Below are positions 8,599 to 19,715 of a DNA stretch of 64,000 bases, one piece after another. The stretch is from a virus. The DNA is taken from positions 32,001 through 96,000 of IMG/VR virus record IMGVR_UViG_3300032893_000004. One strand, given 5' to 3'. The notes under the pieces are model-generated. The model was not told where the DNA came from. It saw only the letters and a program-made list of their open reading frames with translations, and searched no databases. The translations under genes and the position numbers were made by a program. The number at the start of each line of letters is the position of its first letter. Position 1 is the first letter of the stretch.

Positions 8599-11500
8599 TC
8601 AGGTAAGCAGTGTGATGGTTATATCCGTGGTTGGATTAATAACATACGCCTGTTCGTTGGCGTTGACCGCGATCAGATCGCTCGAAGAGCTGAACGTAGG
8701 CGACGTGACCGTCACAGACGTGACGCCTGGAATAGTCGATGCAGCTGCGATCATAGCCGAGATCGATACCGACTCGCCGACGTCTAAGTTGTTCACGTAG
8801 CCCGCGATAGCGGACTGGACGACGTCTATGATGTCTGTAAAAGGCACGCCGGAAGCGATCCTGATAGCGAACGACGCCTTGATCGACAGCAGCGTAGCCG
8901 GTACGATGTTGATCGGGCTACCTGATGCGCGCCAACCTGGGAAGTTGATGCGGTCGTACGGAACGCCGTAGATCGTGTTCGTGATCAGCTGGATCAGACC
9001 GATGTAGTACTTGTACGCGTCGATGCCGAGGTTGATGTTCGTGTTCATGTTGAGTTTCGACGTGGCTATTGCCTGCGCGGACAGAGACGACGTAATACGT
9101 TCGGTCAGATTCGGACTATCCACTATGATGTTGGTAGTATTACCGTTGCCGGGACCCATAGCTAGGATACGCTTCCAGAGGCTGAGAGGATTCGCTTCCT
9201 GCACGTTGACCAAGCTGAATTCGCCCCCGAGTGTGACCGGCGAGGACGGATTCGTGATAGTCGGCGTCAGCCAGATAGCCGTGGAAGTCGGAAAAGAGTA
9301 TCCCACGCCGAACGTGTTGTCTACCACCGTGTATCGGCCGATGTTGGCTGTTCCGAGCACGTTCGTGGTTACTATGAGCACGTCGCCCGGCATGACGGAG
9401 TCGTACGAATAGAACGACATGTTGGCCACGTTGCCGAGAGTGACTATCTCCTCGACCGGGTTGGCGTTCACGATCCAGAACGTGTCGTTTCCGAATATGC
9501 GAACTACCTGAAAGACGCCTGTGTTGGAAGCGTTGAACTCCTGCACCTGCCAGAACGAAGGCGATGTGTCTGGCTCGTTGTTGGTATTCGAGTTCTGGAT
9601 AGATGTATAGTTCGACCCGCCGTAGTACACCCGAGCACCGGATGCGTACGTAGTCGTAGATACCCAAGGCGTTTCCTGGGTGTCATACAAGCGTACCCAG
9701 TCGCCTTCCTGCACGCCGTTGGTCAGCAGATCCATCGACGGACCGCCTACGCCGACGACGGCCACGAACGCGCCGTGCTTCTCGATCTTGAGCTGAGTAG
9801 CAGCCGTGTAATTGACAGCTCGCTTGGTCTGGAACGATCCGGTACCGCCCGTGATCTGAAGAGTAGTCGCGTTCAGCTGGACGGTAGTCGTCTCCGAGAA
9901 TCCGAGCTGCTTGTTCTGGGTGATGTTGTTGATCAGGTTGACCCATTGACCGACCACGAAACCTTTGTGTAGAGCGCTCGGAACGGAGAAGTATCCTTCC
10001 TTCGTAGTAGGTTCCTCGCCCGAGCCGACCAGTGCGACTTCGAGGGAGTTAGCCGTTCCGCCCGTGATCTGAACAGATCCCGAACCGCCGAATGTCTGAG
10101 TCGACAGCTGAATCTCTCTGCCATACCTGGTCAGTTCGACTTCGCCTACGTTGCTGAAACCGGTTACGACCAGTTCGTTCCAGAAGCGTACGAGCTGTTC
10201 GTTCGTGGTCGCGACCAATCTAAGCTGTTCACCGACTGTCGGTACGGAGGTCCACGCATTCTTAGCCGTGAACATCGGGAACGTGGCCGGCGCCTGGAGG
10301 TTGCTGGAAAGAACCTCGTTCTCGCCATCGTATAGCATCAGCATCGGCAGCGAACCGGTAGCTGTTCCGCCAGGAGTGTAGACTGTGGACGCGGACGCTA
10401 GAGCAGGCAGTTGGATGACAGATACCATGTAGCCGAGTCCGGTGTCGAGGTACGTATCTATGACCACGTACGTTCCGTTGTAGTTGTTGCCGCCCATAGT
10501 CGACATGCCGGACAAGGTTATTGTCGAACCCGCAGGCGCGGCGATCGACAGCTGGACCTTCGCTCGTCTAGACGTCAGGAACGTCTGGAACGAAGTTACG
10601 GTAGCAGTGTAGTAGTTCGAAGACAAGCCATTATCCTGAGTGGACGACGTGATAGGCGCGTTAGGAGTGGCGTTGTTCACGGCAGCGACCAGAAGCGTCG
10701 GGATGTTCTGTGAGATGTAGTCGACTACCTGCTGCGCGGTCGTGGATACTACCCCGAACTGAAGATTCTCGTTCGTAGATCCGCCGATGGCGCGGGCCAT
10801 GGAACCGGACGGGATCAGCTCGGTGGACGTACCGCCAGTGCCAGCCGTGTTCGTGCCGATAGAAGCTTGATAATAGTAGGTGAACTGACTCGTGGTAGGA
10901 GTCGAGTTGACGACGAACGTACCGGACAAGTTCAGCGTCGTAATAGTCCACCAAGTTGGTGAAGTATTCGGCGTGTTACCCGTGTTGGCTGTCTGAGTCG
11001 AAATGTAGTTGTTGCCGAGGTACGAGACGATGTCTCCTACCCCGTAGGTCGTACCGGACGCGTAAGCGCTGATCGATATGCCGGCAACCGTGGTGATGTC
11101 TCCGGGGTTAAGTCCGTGCAAGGAAGAAGTGTTGACAGTGATCAGAGTCCCGGAAGCTGTGACGATCGCGATCGACACAGGCGCAGTAGGCAGGTAGGAC
11201 TGGAAGTCCACTCGACCGATGGCTACGGAGGCGGCCGAACCTGAGCGAACGTACTGGAACTGATTCGAAGCAGTCACAGCCGATATAGCAGCCAACCCGT
11301 TGTACGACAGGCCTGCGCCTGATATCAGCACCACGTCGCCGACTTGAAGACCGTGATTGGTCTGAGTTGTCACGGTGACGATGTTCGAAACCAGAGAAGC
11401 TGACGCGATCAGGCTGTCCGGTACGCTGTTAGGCGTTGGTACGGTGAACGTATTCGTACCCGTGACTGTTACCACGTAGGTGGTGTTGAACGGATAGGTC

Positions 11501-14500
11501 GCTCCTCCATCAGGAGAAGCCGTCCCGTAGAAACCGATCCGCTGGCCGGAAACTAGCCCGTGAGCCGAAGGAGTCGTTACCGAAACGACGTTGTTCTGGT
11601 TCAGGATGTTCGAGAATGAGATAGCGTCTGAGGTGTACGCGCCGAGTGGGACGGTAACCGTAAAAGACGTGTTCGTCACAGCGACGACTTTCGCTTGAAA
11701 ACCTTGATTCTGCGGTAGGAAGTAGCCCGTAGAAGACAAGAACACTACGTCGCCTACGCCGACGGACGCGCCGCCTATACCGGATCCGAAGTTCGGCTGA
11801 GTACCTGCTTCCCACGTGTACGTGAGAGTCTGAGCCCCGCCGACCGGCGCGCCGACCGATACCGTGAAGGAAGTAGTGAAGTCCCAGTTCGGAGTACGAA
11901 CAGTCGTGACTGGCAGGTAGATCTGAGCGTCGATCACGTCCGATATACCGAAGTTGCTCGATATGGAAGTCTGATTCACGTTAGGCGGGTAGAACAGCCC
12001 GACTCTTATCGTATTCCCGGAAGGTCCGTAATCCGCCGACTTGACCAGTATCGAGTACGTACCGTTCGTGAGAGTAGCCTGCGCCTGTCTGTGGATCTTG
12101 AAGTTCGAAAAGTCGAAGTCGTAGAACGACGACACGGACGAGAGAGCCAGAGACGACTGGTTGTCCGTGGCGGAGAAGTCCTGGTTGGATGGTGTAGAGT
12201 AGCTCGACACGATCAGCTGGCGAGATATCGGCAAAGCGTACGATTCGGTAGAGGCGTTACCGTCGACTATGACGGTCGACTGGTCGTCGGAGTAGAACTT
12301 GTAAGACGATCGCATGAAGAATCGGTCAGTCGCGTTCATGACTGCTTGTCCAGTCTGCATATAGAGCGGTACGTCGAGAGTCATATAGGTCGTAGCTGGA
12401 TCATAGAACGTGACGAGAGAGCGATTGGTCTTGTTCGTTTCCGGTACGATCGCGAGAGGCGACGAGGTGAACCGTTCTAGAATTTCCAGGAAATCGCTGG
12501 TAGACGATCCTAGAGCTTCGAAGTCAGGCTGATCGAAGATGTTGTCCGAAACGGCTGTCCCGAGAGCGCTCCACGTGAAGTTCGGTATGCCCGCCTCGGC
12601 GTCGGTTTCCGACACGAATCCGTAGAAGGCAGGAGTGTTCGCAAACGCCTCGCCTACCGTAAGACCGAGTACGGATCCGTTCATGTCCACTGCAGCCACG
12701 TAGAACTGCCCGTCGGAGTCGAACGTAGCGGTAGATATCCTGACTGATGATCCTTCGATGTCCGAGATAGTGCCTGTCAGCTGCGACTGCACTTCTCCCA
12801 GGAAGGTGGTCAGAGGATTGATGTCAAATGAGAGAAGCTGCACCGGCGCCGCTGACTTGACGAATACGATTCTGGTGGAAGTTGGGATGATCGACGTGTT
12901 AAGGTTCATCCGGTTGATAGGACCGTCGTCCACCGTGACCACTCCGGTAGTCACCGACAGAACGCGCCAGAAGCCTTGGTTGGATTGCAACGGAGCTGGA
13001 TCGGTCGGATTCGCCCAGACGATTAGCCAGTCACCTACGGAGACGTCATCGAATCCCTGCGGCTGTAAGGAAGGTGTCAGTCCAGATATCGTGAGAATAG
13101 TCCCCGTCTTCGAGAATGTTATGGATGTATTCGGAGACAGACCGTTAGGAACAGACTCGGCCGCGCCGTCCGTGATGATCCACGCGCGGCCCGCGACACC
13201 TGGACCGTCCGGCATGGGAGACGTCAGATCGTTGCCACGAGTGTACTGCGAGCCGGCTGTGATCTTATCTCCTGGCTGCAAGGACACTGCTAATCCTATC
13301 TGACCTGTCCACTTGTTGAGCGTGTAATCCGACGTCGTACCAGTCGCTTCCAGCGGTGCTTCGAGATCGAATATCTGGCTGAGAAGCGTTCCGCCTATGA
13401 AGCTTATAGCCGCAGCAGTATTCGCGCCGCGAGCGGAAGCGAAGGTAAGCACGTTACCGTTGACGGTAGTGATCACTCCAGGCATAAGGGAGTTGCACAC
13501 GGCGGCCCAGATCGTCAGAGACGTAGACGCCGAGACGATCGCACCCTGCTGGACAGCTTGGAACGCGGCCGTCGTGAATGTGGCGGTCACCGGTGGAGTA
13601 TTATCCACTTGATAGATCAATGTGTTGCCGGTGGCGATGGAAGACGCCCAGGTAGCTTGCTCTCGCGAGTTTATAGAAGCTACCACGCCGTCTTCGTATA
13701 GCGGTAGGTCGTTCTTGAACAGACGAATAGTCACATCCGGATTCAGAGGAAAGCCCAGCGCCACATTGGCGTCTACTCCGCTGGGAGCGACGACGACTGC
13801 GATCTGATTCAGAGATACGTTTGTCGGATACACGACTACGTTCGCGCCGTTGTTAGCGGTCGAAGCGGACCACCCGATGTTAATGTCGCCGTTGATGGAA
13901 GCTGCGATTTCCTGGGCAGTAGCCGAGGACGGTACAAGAAAGTCAGATGCCAGGAACTGGTGGGTGGTCTGCACGCCTTCTACAATGCACGACAGGAACG
14001 ATCCAGCCGTGATCGCGTACGGTCCAGTAAACGTGTTCTCGATGCGAGCCTGAGCTACCGGTACCTGCCTCAACTGGAGGTTTATCTCGCCGCCGACGGC
14101 GCTGTCGACTACGGTCTCGAACGGGGCGCCGAGGAAGTTCGGTTCGTACGCTTGCCCATCAGAGAATACGAGGGAAGCGGTGTTATCGGCGTTCGTGATG
14201 ACGTTGGCGGAAGATACCTTCTTCAGTTCGTCGAGAGCGACCAGTCCTTTTACGGCAGTTTCGATGGCCTGATCAGTTCCCTTAGACTTAGCGATCTCGT
14301 ACGCCTGGATGCGATCCTGGATGTCTTGATCGGTGTCAGCATCCACGCCGTTCGTGAACGCCAACGGATTGTTGACCGTGGCCGTAAACGCTACGCCGAC
14401 GATCTCGGAGATGGCTCCGATCGATACGTTGCCGATCGTGCCTGGGGTCTGGCAGATCACGGGCACGCCGTCGACTTGCACTTCCCCGTCCGGTATCGTC

Positions 14501-15153
14501 GCGCCAGCGGTTGTGCTGAAGGAGACAGCTAAGATCGACGCACCTTGAGCGGTCTGGACCGTGGTATTCGAAGGGATGAACCGGTTACCGCCTTGGGCTA
14601 GCACGACAGTTTCGCCGATGTTGTGGAACTTGGTGGTAGGGCTCGTACCAGCTAGGGTGATGGCCCAGTACGCACCGCCCGCAACCGTCGCGACCGACGT
14701 ATATGTGAGCGGACCTTCTACGTTGGTGGTACCTCGGCCCACGTAGATCTGTCCGCCGCCAGATGGGAACAGAGTCGCATCCGGGACGTAGATTACTAGC
14801 GAGCCAGAAACCGGAGCTGGCTGACCGGCGTACACGTTGGTCGAGATCTTAGTGAAAGACTGATCGATGATAGATACTTGACCGTATGACGAAAAAGCCG
14901 AGTATATCGGTACGTTAGCGTCGTTCGCTTGTCGCTGCAGCGCTTCGCCGGTAGCGCGATTGGCGTTCAAGGCGTCGATCATAGTAATGATGTCGGCCGA
15001 ACTCTTGAACAGGCCTTGAGAGATCGCTTCGGTGATCTGCGTGAAGACGCTACCGTCGTTCAAATCAATATCTTTTCTCAAGCGCGAGCGGATCGCGTCG
15101 ATCAGATTACCATTGATCTGCTCTTTTGAAAGCAATACTGGAATATCAGCCAT
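8599..15153 (-). CDS. large baseplate wedge (J/gp6-like) protein with inserted beta-rich domains
   Basis: N-terminal CQTPGTIGNV...NGVDADTDQDIQDRI...SKGT and C-terminal AGYVNNLDVGESV...IPGVTSV baseplate J signatures; two carbohydrate-binding-like repeats (Y.VGD.V.Y.G.NY.S.Q..N..N.P..SP..W). Confidence 0.8.
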   Translation of the reverse strand: MADIPVLLSKEQINGNLIDAIRSRLRKDIDLNDGSVFTQITEAISQGLFKSSADIITMIDALNANRATGEALQRQANDANVPIYSAFSSYGQVSIIDQSFTKISTNVYAGQPAPVSGSLVIYVPDATLFPSGGGQIYVGRGTTNVEGPLTYTSVATVAGGAYWAITLAGTSPTTKFHNIGETVVLAQGGNRFIPSNTTVQTAQGASILAVSFSTTAGATIPDGEVQVDGVPVICQTPGTIGNVSIGAISEIVGVAFTATVNNPLAFTNGVDADTDQDIQDRIQAYEIAKSKGTDQAIETAVKGLVALDELKKVSSANVITNADNTASLVFSDGQAYEPNFLGAPFETVVDSAVGGEINLQLRQVPVAQARIENTFTGPYAITAGSFLSCIVEGVQTTHQFLASDFLVPSSATAQEIAASINGDINIGWSASTANNGANVVVYPTNVSLNQIAVVVAPSGVDANVALGFPLNPDVTIRLFKNDLPLYEDGVVASINSREQATWASSIATGNTLIYQVDNTPPVTATFTTAAFQAVQQGAIVSASTSLTIWAAVCNSLMPGVITTVNGNVLTFASARGANTAAAISFIGGTLLSQIFDLEAPLEATGTTSDYTLNKWTGQIGLAVSLQPGDKITAGSQYTRGNDLTSPMPDGPGVAGRAWIITDGAAESVPNGLSPNTSITFSKTGTILTISGLTPSLQPQGFDDVSVGDWLIVWANPTDPAPLQSNQGFWRVLSVTTGVVTVDDGPINRMNLNTSIIPTSTRIVFVKSAAPVQLLSFDINPLTTFLGEVQSQLTGTISDIEGSSVRISTATFDSDGQFYVAAVDMNGSVLGLTVGEAFANTPAFYGFVSETDAEAGIPNFTWSALGTAVSDNIFDQPDFEALGSSTSDFLEILERFTSSPLAIVPETNKTNRSLVTFYDPATTYMTLDVPLYMQTGQAVMNATDRFFMRSSYKFYSDDQSTVIVDGNASTESYALPISRQLIVSSYSTPSNQDFSATDNQSSLALSSVSSFYDFDFSNFKIHRQAQATLTNGTYSILVKSADYGPSGNTIRVGLFYPPNVNQTSISSNFGISDVIDAQIYLPVTTVRTPNWDFTTSFTVSVGAPVGGAQTLTYTWEAGTQPNFGSGIGGASVGVGDVVFLSSTGYFLPQNQGFQAKVVAVTNTSFTVTVPLGAYTSDAISFSNILNQNNVVSVTTPSAHGLVSGQRIGFYGTASPDGGATYPFNTTYVVTVTGTNTFTVPTPNSVPDSLIASASLVSNIVTVTTQTNHGLQVGDVVLISGAGLSYNGLAAISAVTASNQFQYVRSGSAASVAIGRVDFQSYLPTAPVSIAIVTASGTLITVNTSSLHGLNPGDITTVAGISISAYASGTTYGVGDIVSYLGNNYISTQTANTGNTPNTSPTWWTITTLNLSGTFVVNSTPTTSQFTYYYQASIGTNTAGTGGTSTELIPSGSMARAIGGSTNENLQFGVVSTTAQQVVDYISQNIPTLLVAAVNNATPNAPITSSTQDNGLSSNYYTATVTSFQTFLTSRRAKVQLSIAAPAGSTITLSGMSTMGGNNYNGTYVVIDTYLDTGLGYMVSVIQLPALASASTVYTPGGTATGSLPMLMLYDGENEVLSSNLQAPATFPMFTAKNAWTSVPTVGEQLRLVATTNEQLVRFWNELVVTGFSNVGEVELTRYGREIQLSTQTFGGSGSVQITGGTANSLEVALVGSGEEPTTKEGYFSVPSALHKGFVVGQWVNLINNITQNKQLGFSETTTVQLNATTLQITGGTGSFQTKRAVNYTAATQLKIEKHGAFVAVVGVGGPSMDLLTNGVQEGDWVRLYDTQETPWVSTTTYASGARVYYGGSNYTSIQNSNTNNEPDTSPSFWQVQEFNASNTGVFQVVRIFGNDTFWIVNANPVEEIVTLGNVANMSFYSYDSVMPGDVLIVTTNVLGTANIGRYTVVDNTFGVGYSFPTSTAIWLTPTITNPSSPVTLGGEFSLVNVQEANPLSLWKRILAMGPGNGNTTNIIVDSPNLTERITSSLSAQAIATSKLNMNTNINLGIDAYKYYIGLIQLITNTIYGVPYDRINFPGWRASGSPINIVPATLLSIKASFAIRIASGVPFTDIIDVVQSAIAGYVNNLDVGESVSISAMIAAASTIPGVTSVTVTSPTFSSSSDLIAVNANEQAYVINPTTDITITLLT

Positions 15154-15176
15154 TTGAGTCCTTGCGAGATGCCCTA

Positions 15177-15185
15177 AAGATTAGG
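15177..15185 (-). promoter_or_regulatory. candidate late promoter CCTAATCTT
   Basis: Exact motif, intergenic, about 23 nt before ATG. Confidence 0.65.
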
Positions 15186-15186
15186 C

Positions 15187-17778
15187 TCATCTCGGCAGTG
15201 CCGCACGCACGGGAAGCGTTATATTCGTATCCGCGATCTTGATCAGGAGGCTCACCACTACCGCCGGCCCCGTGATCTGAACCTCGCCGGCTAGAAGCCC
15301 GCCGAAGCGCGGATCCTGCTTAAAGGCCAGATTCAGAGCATTCAAAACGTCCTGCGCCGATATGTCGGCTGTCGAGATACCAGCGTCTAGCGGGTTGCCG
15401 TACGAAGGCAGCTGAAGCAGGCTGTTGACCTTCGTCTGGATCTTGATCGTCGCCGCTTGAAGCAGATTCGTGTATCCATAGGACAAGGACACGTCGCCGC
15501 CTCCAGTTATCACGAGATCTCCGGTCTGATCGAGGAGCAGGTCCACCTTAGCCATCTGCGCTATGCCGTCCAGCTCTGCTATTTCCGGAGAAGTCTTGAA
15601 GTTCGTGTTGAACGTCGGCGGCGTAGTCGAAGGGATCGCTATCAGCATGCCGGGAGACACCGTGTCCGGAGCGTAGGCTAGTATGAACGCACCTTCGGTA
15701 GGCTGGTAGGTCGTCAGGTCGGTGTTAGACGCCGCGAAGGTCACGATAGTTTGCGTGTTCGAGACCACGTCGATCGAGATGATCTTCTGCTGAGTATCTG
15801 TCACCGTCGGAGATTGAACGTACACGATTTGCCCGATGTAGAGCTGCATGCGGTCGGCGATGATCAGGCTGTTTCCGCCCGGACTACCTATGATGGGTAT
15901 CTGATAACCTACCTCGTCGACGTACGGTTGCTTCAGCGCGTTCAAAGCTGCGATCTCGATCCAGCGCTCCGGTGCTCCGAGGTACTGTGTTGCCAGCTGC
16001 TCAAGGGATCCGTCCATAGGAAACGGTACGAAGAAGCGCGAGATATTGTTGTTGTCGAAGCGTAGGCCTTGAGTGATCGCGTAATCCGAGTAGAACTGAT
16101 AGTAGTCTTGGACGTTGTTGGCCTCATTCAGATCCATCATCGCGATGAAGCTGTCGATCTGCGTCAGAATATCGTTGATATTGTTGAGCAGAATGATGTC
16201 CGTGACAGTCAGCTTCTTGTAGTTCACCGGCGGCGGTGGCAGTCCTTTGATGGCGTTGTATGTGGCTGATCCGCCGCCCAGTGCGGTAGAGATGGAAGTG
16301 GCATAGTCCTGAATCGAGTTCCTCATGTTGATCAGGTCCTTCGCCTTGAACTGCAACGTAGTCTGCGTGATGGAGTTGAGCTGGTTTGTTATCGCGTTCG
16401 ACAGACCCATATCTTCTATCGGAAAGTTCGAGAACACCTGAGGATAGTTCGCCGGGTTAGCGAACAGAACGTTGAGCGGGTCAGACGAATCACCAGAGTA
16501 CTGGAACTGATCCGCTAAGCCGGAATTCAGCTGAGCCTGAGCCGACGTGTTCATCGCAGAGATAGGCTTACCGCCAGCAGTGACGCCGCCGACCAGTCCA
16601 ACCGTTCCTATCTGGGCGATCGTAGCTGCCACCTGCTGCATCGCAGGCGAGTTCTTGTTGGCCGTGAAGTACGAATTGAAGTCTGCTTTCATGGCGCTGA
16701 GGGTGCTTCCGCTGAAGGCGAAGTCGTACATATTCGTAGCGAGTCCTACGAGATCCTTGCCGAGGAGGACTATCTGCCCGATCGGCGCGGTGAAGGAATC
16801 GTTGATGTCGTTCCGGATACCGCTCATGACGTTGTTCGACTGCGCCACCAGCGTCCTAGCCTGATTGATGCCATTGATGATATTCGATAAGGTGTTGGAA
16901 GTGGCCGACGCGTTGATCTTGCTCTTTAAGTTGTTCGAACCAGGACTCAATCCGGGCAAGGTCGGCTCGCGGCGATAAGCCGTCAAATTTATCGTATACT
17001 GATACTCCACCGTGCCGGCAGCCTTGTTGATCGTCCAATTGCCGAGGCTGCAGGCGTAGTACTTCTTGTCCTTATTCATGATGAAGTACAGGCGCCAGCC
17101 CTTGTTAAGGGCCTGCTTCTTGCCTGCTTGGTAGAAGTCGAGGAACCGGTCGAGATCGTTAATTGACTGATAGCCGGTCAGCATGTTGACGATGTTGTCG
17201 TTCGTGAAGTTGAGCGGTCCCGTGAACTGCTGCGTAGCGCCCGTGAAAGCGCTGACGGTCTTCGCAGCCTGGTTGACTACTCCGTTGACGGCTGAGATCG
17301 TATTCTTGAAAGCGTACTCCAGAGAACGGACGATGTCGCCAGGCACGTTTGCCGTGGCGTTCGACTGAGTATTAAGAGTCGGGGCCGTTCCGGTCGTTCC
17401 GGAAATAACGATCGGGCGAAAAGGCGAGCCGTTGTGAGTTTCGTAGATTCCTTTCATCGTAGCTTCGAGCACGTTCGCGGACGGATTCTGTATAGAAATA
17501 TTCTGCGGATTGATCGGGAACACGTACTTCGCGATGGTATTGTCGGTCACCACATCTCTGATCCAGAGTTCGTATCCGTACGACTTGTTGAAGTCCATTT
17601 GATTGAGCTGGACGAACCGGAAGAACAGGTCTTGAGAATCGAGAGTTTTGGAAATATCAGTCGAAGCGTTCAGTACCATCTCTGGTGTGGTAGCCTGAGA
17701 GACGCCTGGCTGCCGAGTCAGGTCCGCAGGCGAGCTGCCGAGCGCGTTGTTTATGACCTGGGTAAGATCGAAGCTCAC
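15187..17778 (-). CDS. baseplate/tail initiator protein with LysM-like and gp25-like regions
   Basis: SLEQLATQYLGAPERWIEIAALNAL (LysM/tail X-like); C-terminal NLLQA...PSYG...QDPRF (gp25/W-like). Confidence 0.7.
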   Translation of the reverse strand: MSFDLTQVINNALGSSPADLTRQPGVSQATTPEMVLNASTDISKTLDSQDLFFRFVQLNQMDFNKSYGYELWIRDVVTDNTIAKYVFPINPQNISIQNPSANVLEATMKGIYETHNGSPFRPIVISGTTGTAPTLNTQSNATANVPGDIVRSLEYAFKNTISAVNGVVNQAAKTVSAFTGATQQFTGPLNFTNDNIVNMLTGYQSINDLDRFLDFYQAGKKQALNKGWRLYFIMNKDKKYYACSLGNWTINKAAGTVEYQYTINLTAYRREPTLPGLSPGSNNLKSKINASATSNTLSNIINGINQARTLVAQSNNVMSGIRNDINDSFTAPIGQIVLLGKDLVGLATNMYDFAFSGSTLSAMKADFNSYFTANKNSPAMQQVAATIAQIGTVGLVGGVTAGGKPISAMNTSAQAQLNSGLADQFQYSGDSSDPLNVLFANPANYPQVFSNFPIEDMGLSNAITNQLNSITQTTLQFKAKDLINMRNSIQDYATSISTALGGGSATYNAIKGLPPPPVNYKKLTVTDIILLNNINDILTQIDSFIAMMDLNEANNVQDYYQFYSDYAITQGLRFDNNNISRFFVPFPMDGSLEQLATQYLGAPERWIEIAALNALKQPYVDEVGYQIPIIGSPGGNSLIIADRMQLYIGQIVYVQSPTVTDTQQKIISIDVVSNTQTIVTFAASNTDLTTYQPTEGAFILAYAPDTVSPGMLIAIPSTTPPTFNTNFKTSPEIAELDGIAQMAKVDLLLDQTGDLVITGGGDVSLSYGYTNLLQAATIKIQTKVNSLLQLPSYGNPLDAGISTADISAQDVLNALNLAFKQDPRFGGLLAGEVQITGPAVVVSLLIKIADTNITLPVRAALPR

Positions 17779-18380
17779 GATATTTCTCCTCGGCCAGCGC
17801 CGGATCCTGCACCGGGTGTCGGTACGTCGGGGCTACCAACGATCGTTAAGACGCCGGTTCCTTGAGTCAAGATGCCGAAAGATACCCCAGCTGCTACCGC
17901 AGCCGCGAAGTCCATGCGATGGTTACCTTTCCCGGACAGAGAGTTGTAGATGTTGGTCGCCATCTCCGATTCTGAAACCGTAATCGAGCCGACAACTATC
18001 TCGCCTTCGCCGGCGTATACAGGCGTATCGACCGATACGAGCTGTGCCGATGACATCAGATGCTGGACGGTAGCCTGCATGATAGCATCCGCCGTACGCT
18101 TCGCATTCTTCCCTAGCGAGCGTGACGGATCCTTGAGTTGCATCTGCATCTTCGCGAGAGTAACCTTAGTCATGCTGTCTGGGTCCATACCGGTTATCCC
18201 GACTCCTGTACCGGCGCCTGTGCCGGGAACACCGCCGATATCGATGGTCGTAAACGACTTCCCTACGATGCTCATAGCTATCCCGGACGCGATCTCGTTC
18301 GCGAACTTGCCTGCGTTCTTGCCGGAAGCGTTCATGTTGGATCTGATCAAGCTAGCGAGCGTGTCAGCGTTGATGCTCAT
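17775..18380 (-). CDS. virion/baseplate-associated protein with internal duplication
   Basis: Repeated GKNA.. and Gly-rich motifs; follows spike gene. Confidence 0.6.
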   Translation of the reverse strand: MSINADTLASLIRSNMNASGKNAGKFANEIASGIAMSIVGKSFTTIDIGGVPGTGAGTGVGITGMDPDSMTKVTLAKMQMQLKDPSRSLGKNAKRTADAIMQATVQHLMSSAQLVSVDTPVYAGEGEIVVGSITVSESEMATNIYNSLSGKGNHRMDFAAAVAAGVSFGILTQGTGVLTIVGSPDVPTPGAGSGAGRGEIS

Positions 18381-19009
18381 AGATTTATCCCCAGCTCTTC
18401 CAAGCCTCTTCTGTCTAACAGTTTCAAAGGTATCATCGCAGAAGCTTCGGTGAACTTCTGCTCGGCATCCTTGCGGAAATAGCCTTTGATCTCTACGTAG
18501 GTCTTCCATTCTGGAACATAAAAATCTGGAGTATAAAATCCGACGGACGTTTCGAAAGCTTCCGGCTCATACGACCAACTGATGCCAAGATCGTTTAGAT
18601 ATTTCGCGAAAGCGACTTCCCACGATGACCGGAATCTCGTACCTTCGTATTCGATGCGTTTTACGCCAGGATTATTGAATTTATGCCGACACTTGTTGGA
18701 ACAATATTTTGCGGTTTGTGCGCGATATTTGTTAACCGAAAAAGTTTGACCGCATTTACACTGTATTTCTATGCGTCCCTTAAAATTGGGATTGTTCGAA
18801 CCGTCGAACGAAGGTCTAGCGGCAACTATCTTGGCAGCCACTGATTTTCTCTCAGGAGAAGATTGGTAACAGTCTTTGCACATGCCGTAGACATTTCTTA
18901 AAGCGGAAAGCTTACGAATTCTGCTATCAGTGTGACACGCATTGCACTGGAATAATACGGTCACATATCCTTTTGAACGGTCGTACTGTTCGGTATTCGA
19001 TATAATCAT
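18377..19009 (-). CDS. free-standing PD-(D/E)XK endonuclease with zinc fingers (homing-type)
   Basis: FRSSWE...YEP...YTPDFY...VEIKG; several CxxC; AT-richer than flanks. Confidence 0.75.
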   Translation of the reverse strand: MIISNTEQYDRSKGYVTVLFQCNACHTDSRIRKLSALRNVYGMCKDCYQSSPERKSVAAKIVAARPSFDGSNNPNFKGRIEIQCKCGQTFSVNKYRAQTAKYCSNKCRHKFNNPGVKRIEYEGTRFRSSWEVAFAKYLNDLGISWSYEPEAFETSVGFYTPDFYVPEWKTYVEIKGYFRKDAEQKFTEASAMIPLKLLDRRGLEELGINL

Positions 19010-19010
19010 A

Positions 19011-19715
19011 TCAACCAGCCACCACCGTCGGCACACCAACCGAGGGCTCTCCGTAGATACTATCAATTACGTCCATAGTCACCGTAGTCAGCACTTGTCC
19101 CGAATCGCCGTTCAGCTGTATCATGCCGCCTTGAATGACCACGTTACCTGAGGCATTCACGTTTGCGTTGGCGGCTTTCACGTCAGCATCTCCCGATATC
19201 TGAAAAGTAGCGTTGCCCTGCACGTTGACCGTAAACGTATTCGCGTTGATCGTGATCGTCTTAGCGGTCTTATCTATCGTGATACTCTCGCCGGAAGCAT
19301 CGTCTAGTATGATCGTGCTGGTATTTATCTGAAGATTAGGACCTGCGTCGGACGTCACAGAGTAGTTGAAGTTCTGATCGATGTACTGGACGACCTTGTT
19401 GAATCGCCGCCGCCAGTGCCTGCCGAGACTCGGATTCTGAGGAACCACGTAGTTTCTGGTACTCTCGGTTATCACTCCGAGCGATCTGTCGCCTCGCGGG
19501 AACTTAACCATCACCTTGTCGGATACCTGCATTATCATGTCGTCGAAGTCGTCTCGCGATCCGAACTCATCCTTGCGGATACATCTGCACGGTATGGAAG
19601 CGTAGCCGTCGCCCGTGACTACGACCTGGTACTCGTATTGGGTTTTACCTACGTTCCGGATGTCGGTCGGAGGGTACACTTCTGATATCATACCGAAGTA
19701 GTAGCCGTGCATCAT
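19011..19715 (-). CDS. baseplate central spike (gpV/gp5-like)
   Basis: N-terminal OB-fold-like region then beta-helix-type repeats (TITINANTFTVNVQGNA...). Confidence 0.7.
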   Translation of the reverse strand: MMHGYYFGMISEVYPPTDIRNVGKTQYEYQVVVTGDGYASIPCRCIRKDEFGSRDDFDDMIMQVSDKVMVKFPRGDRSLGVITESTRNYVVPQNPSLGRHWRRRFNKVVQYIDQNFNYSVTSDAGPNLQINTSTIILDDASGESITIDKTAKTITINANTFTVNVQGNATFQISGDADVKAANANVNASGNVVIQGGMIQLNGDSGQVLTTVTMDVIDSIYGEPSVGVPTVVAG

